Of a stretch of DNA of 64,000 nt, positions 61,222-64,000 are shown in pieces. The DNA is taken from NCBI GenBank assembly GCA_010909165.1, contig MU008152.1:496001-560000 (forward strand), in the 5' to 3' direction. A program made the position numbers and the translations under genes. The notes below the pieces were generated by a model, which saw only the letters and a program-made list of their open reading frames with translations, was not told the origin of the DNA and made no database searches. The stretch is from Anthoceros angustus. Lineage: Eukaryota; Plantae; Anthocerotophyta. Positions within the stretch are counted from its first letter, which is position 1; every line of letters starts with the position of its first letter.

Positions 61222-62844
61222 GTCAAGCTGCTCTCAGGTCAGGTCTGCCAACCCCAAGCCTCCTGCTTTCAGTTGGCGTCAGAAGGGAAGGGAAGGGAAG
61301 CGGCAGGTTGAACGACTCAAGTTCACTATCCCGATTCCCGCCCAATTCCAGGTTACCGGGCGGCTTTTCCCGACCTATATACATACAAGACCATTTGAGT
61401 ACTCTTTCAAGGCCCTATCGCCTCGGACAACTTACAATAATTATGGGTCCTACAACATTTGTAAGTTTTTTAATGGGCTTGTTTGCGCCTCCAGCTTCCT
61501 TCCGAGCTCTCTTCTCTTGAGAGAATTCATGAGGATTGGCAGACGCGGTAGCGCAACTGCAATAAATACATGTTTCTTTTAATTTCTCACTAGTCAAAGA
61601 ATACCTCCAATAAATATATGGTTCTTTCAATTTTACTCTAGTCAAAGAACATTTGATGAGGAGTGGTGGGTAGCACCATATCTCTCTTAGCATGCACATA
61701 TGGTGTATATATAAATTTAGGTCCTTTCTGGGCCGGCATTTAGTTGCTACGCATGTTGTCTGTAAATTTAGGTCTTCATTTAGCATGTCATGTATGCATA
61801 TATGCGGATAGAAGATGTTGTCTCCCAAATTGTCCAAATGACGGTCTTTCCCAAGCAATGTGGATCTCTGATCCTCATGTATTTTATAGTCATGCCTACA
61901 AGTATAACTCCCCAAGTGGAGTCTAGCATGTGCCTAACGTGGGGACAACATCATTTATGCACACTATATATATCCTCAAAATGTAATAGTAAAAGTAGAA
62001 ATACTACTTAAATTACATAAATAAGTCTTAAGTTGAATGAATGAATATAAGTCTAACAAGTAGTCACATTATTAGACTCTAAAACATTCCGTATGCTAGT
62101 CCAGGAGAGCCAATTTGGGCTAAGGCATATGCTGGTCAAGGAGAGCCAATTTAGGCTAAGGCCGACATGTGCGGGTGAAGCAAACAAAAGAGAATTGTAC
62201 ATCATGCTTCTAGGTTACTGCAGTTGTTCATACAATTGTCTGTTTATGCCTAGTTGCTCCTCTGAAATTCTTGTGTGCTATCTCAACTCAAACTCAAGCC
62301 TTTGTTTGTCCCCTGAAGGAATCCGCACCCCTTCCGGGTAAACGGGTGGGGGAGCAAGATTCATGTTCTGGACCTCCTCAATTCCTTGATGTGCTGTAGT
62401 GTAATCATTTTTATATCTCTCTGCAGGGCTCATCTACCACCTCATTCAATTTGTGTTTACAGACCGACTATGCTCACTAGTGGTGCCATGGCTGGAACCA
62501 AATGGCGCTTTGGTTATCTTGTAGACTACCAACCTAAACTCCAGTTGTTCATTGTTTCTTGCCTTCAATATAGAATTGCTTGAGTCGGCTTCCCGATCCG
62601 ACAAGCATCACATCTCTTAACAAATTGGTGTGTTTCATACATGGTGGGCCACCGCATCTACCTCAAGATTTTCTTGGTGGTGACTGTCTTTGCATAATGT
62701 CCACCACCCAGGTCCTTCGTGCATCCCCTTTATTACCACCTCCGCTTCACTGCTGAGGTACTGCTCCACAGTCCGCCCCACCTTAAAGATGCAACAGAGC
62801 AGTTAAAAGGGCGAGCGAGTGCACAAAGGCTCGCTGGCTGACCT

Positions 62845-63633
62845 TTAGTCCGCTTGGTAGTTCCATCTCCCATAGGTACCGTTCCAACTCCGCATAAGAG
62901 GGCCGCCCCCCTTCTCCGCTTCTGCCGTGGGTCCACTGTTCACAAGCTTAGGGTTTGTCCGGCTGCACTCCTCCACGTCTTCCTCCACCACGGCTACCAA
63001 TTCTTCGTCCGGGAAGGTGTCCTCCTGATCCTGCAGGACCGGCTCTGTCTTTAATGTGGACAGGAAGTCAGCGTTTTGGTGTTGCCGCCCTTGCCTGGTT
63101 TCCACCTTAAAGGTGAACTCCTGTAGCAACAGAATCCACCTCGCAATTTGCCCGGACAGATCTGCTTTGTTCACCAAATGCTTGAGCGCAAAGTGATTGA
63201 CATAGAACACAAACTCATTGGGCAGAAGGTAATGCCTGAATTTCTTAACTGCGTATACCATCCCCAATGCTTCGCGCTCCGTAGTAGTGTACCTCCGTTC
63301 TGCATGCGTGAGCTGTCTTCCGGCGTAGTAGATTGGATTATCCCTCCGCTTGTCGTCCTTTTGACTGAGCACTACTCCGATGGCAAAGGCCGACACATCC
63401 ACATACACGTGGAATCGCTTTCCCCAGTCCGGACCTTTTAATACTGGGGCACTGATCAGGGTGGTTTGTAGGTCTCTGAATGCCGCCTCCCTTTCTGGTG
63501 TCCAGGTCCATTCCTCCTCCTTCCTGAGTTTCGGCATTATTGGGCCCTGCTTATCATGCAACCAGCGGAAAACTAGATTGGGGGCTATGCTTATGGACGA
63601 AGACCTGTGTGAGTTACATCGGGTTATGAACAA
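62845..63633 (-). mobile_element. Ty3/gypsy pol fragment (RT connection + RNase H)
   Basis: WTPEREAAFRDLQTTLISAPVLKGPDW..FHVYVDVSAFAIGVVLSQ..IYYAGRQLTHAERRYTTTEREALGMVYAVKKFRHYL..ARWILLLQEF. Confidence 0.92.
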
Positions 63634-64000
63634 GTTTGGTCATAGATCGCATAGTGCATCTGCAAGGTGTTGGGGAATTCTCATTTCAGGGTTATTGTGA
63701 CTTGTGTCATGTTTGGCTTGGACGAAATCTTCAGGGTTTGAAGCAAGACTTACGGGAGACCATGAATCAACTTGGCAAGACCTTGGTTCAGGGACCACCT
63801 AGATTTTGCACTATATCTGCCTTAGTTGCGGAATGGCAAAAATCTTTGAAGCAGACCCCGCTGGATTTTGAGGAGACCATGAATTCCCTGCCCCATTCCT
63901 GGCAATGGCTGCAGGAACTATATGAGCTGGGGGCTCATGTCTATGAGGGAGTCCAACATGGTTCTTTGTTGCCTCCACAAATTCACCTCTTCAAGACTCT

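Overview
Eukaryotic, plant-type genomic DNA: short GT-AG introns and LTR elements primed by tRNA-iMet (PBS TGGTATCAGAGC). A non-seed land plant origin is a guess. No prokaryotic features, CRISPR arrays or intact RNA genes were found. Main contents: (1) a degenerate Ty1/copia element at 1-~4.7 kb; (2) a DnaJ pseudogene plus a captured exon fragment; (3) a minus-strand multi-exon gene joining an N-terminal calponin-homology (CH) domain to a C-terminal LysM domain, not evident from the ORF track; (4) an AT-hook gene; (5) about 8 copies of an unidentified gene family (core motif GLDPR...L..EF...INL.KA.TI...FLK.L..KVYP....FARGAIA..RG.QVDWA.F), including a head-to-head pair; (6) a degenerate L1/Tx1-like LINE; (7) two full-length copia elements with non-canonical TA...TA ends and perfect 5-bp TSDs, inserted 42 bp apart in one copy of that family; (8) a related ~1-kb TRIM-like element, also inside family copies; (9) a DNA transposon nested in one integrase; (10) a Ty3/gypsy fragment. 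Both full-length copia elements carry an antisense, intron-containing extra ORF between RNase H and the 3' LTR. The best candidate for a new system is this copia clade (TA ends plus spliced antisense accessory gene) repeatedly hitting the repeated family. Many local duplications have microhomology junctions and scattered 1-bp indels, so some frameshifts and duplications may be assembly error. All domain calls are by eye from motifs; no searches were run.
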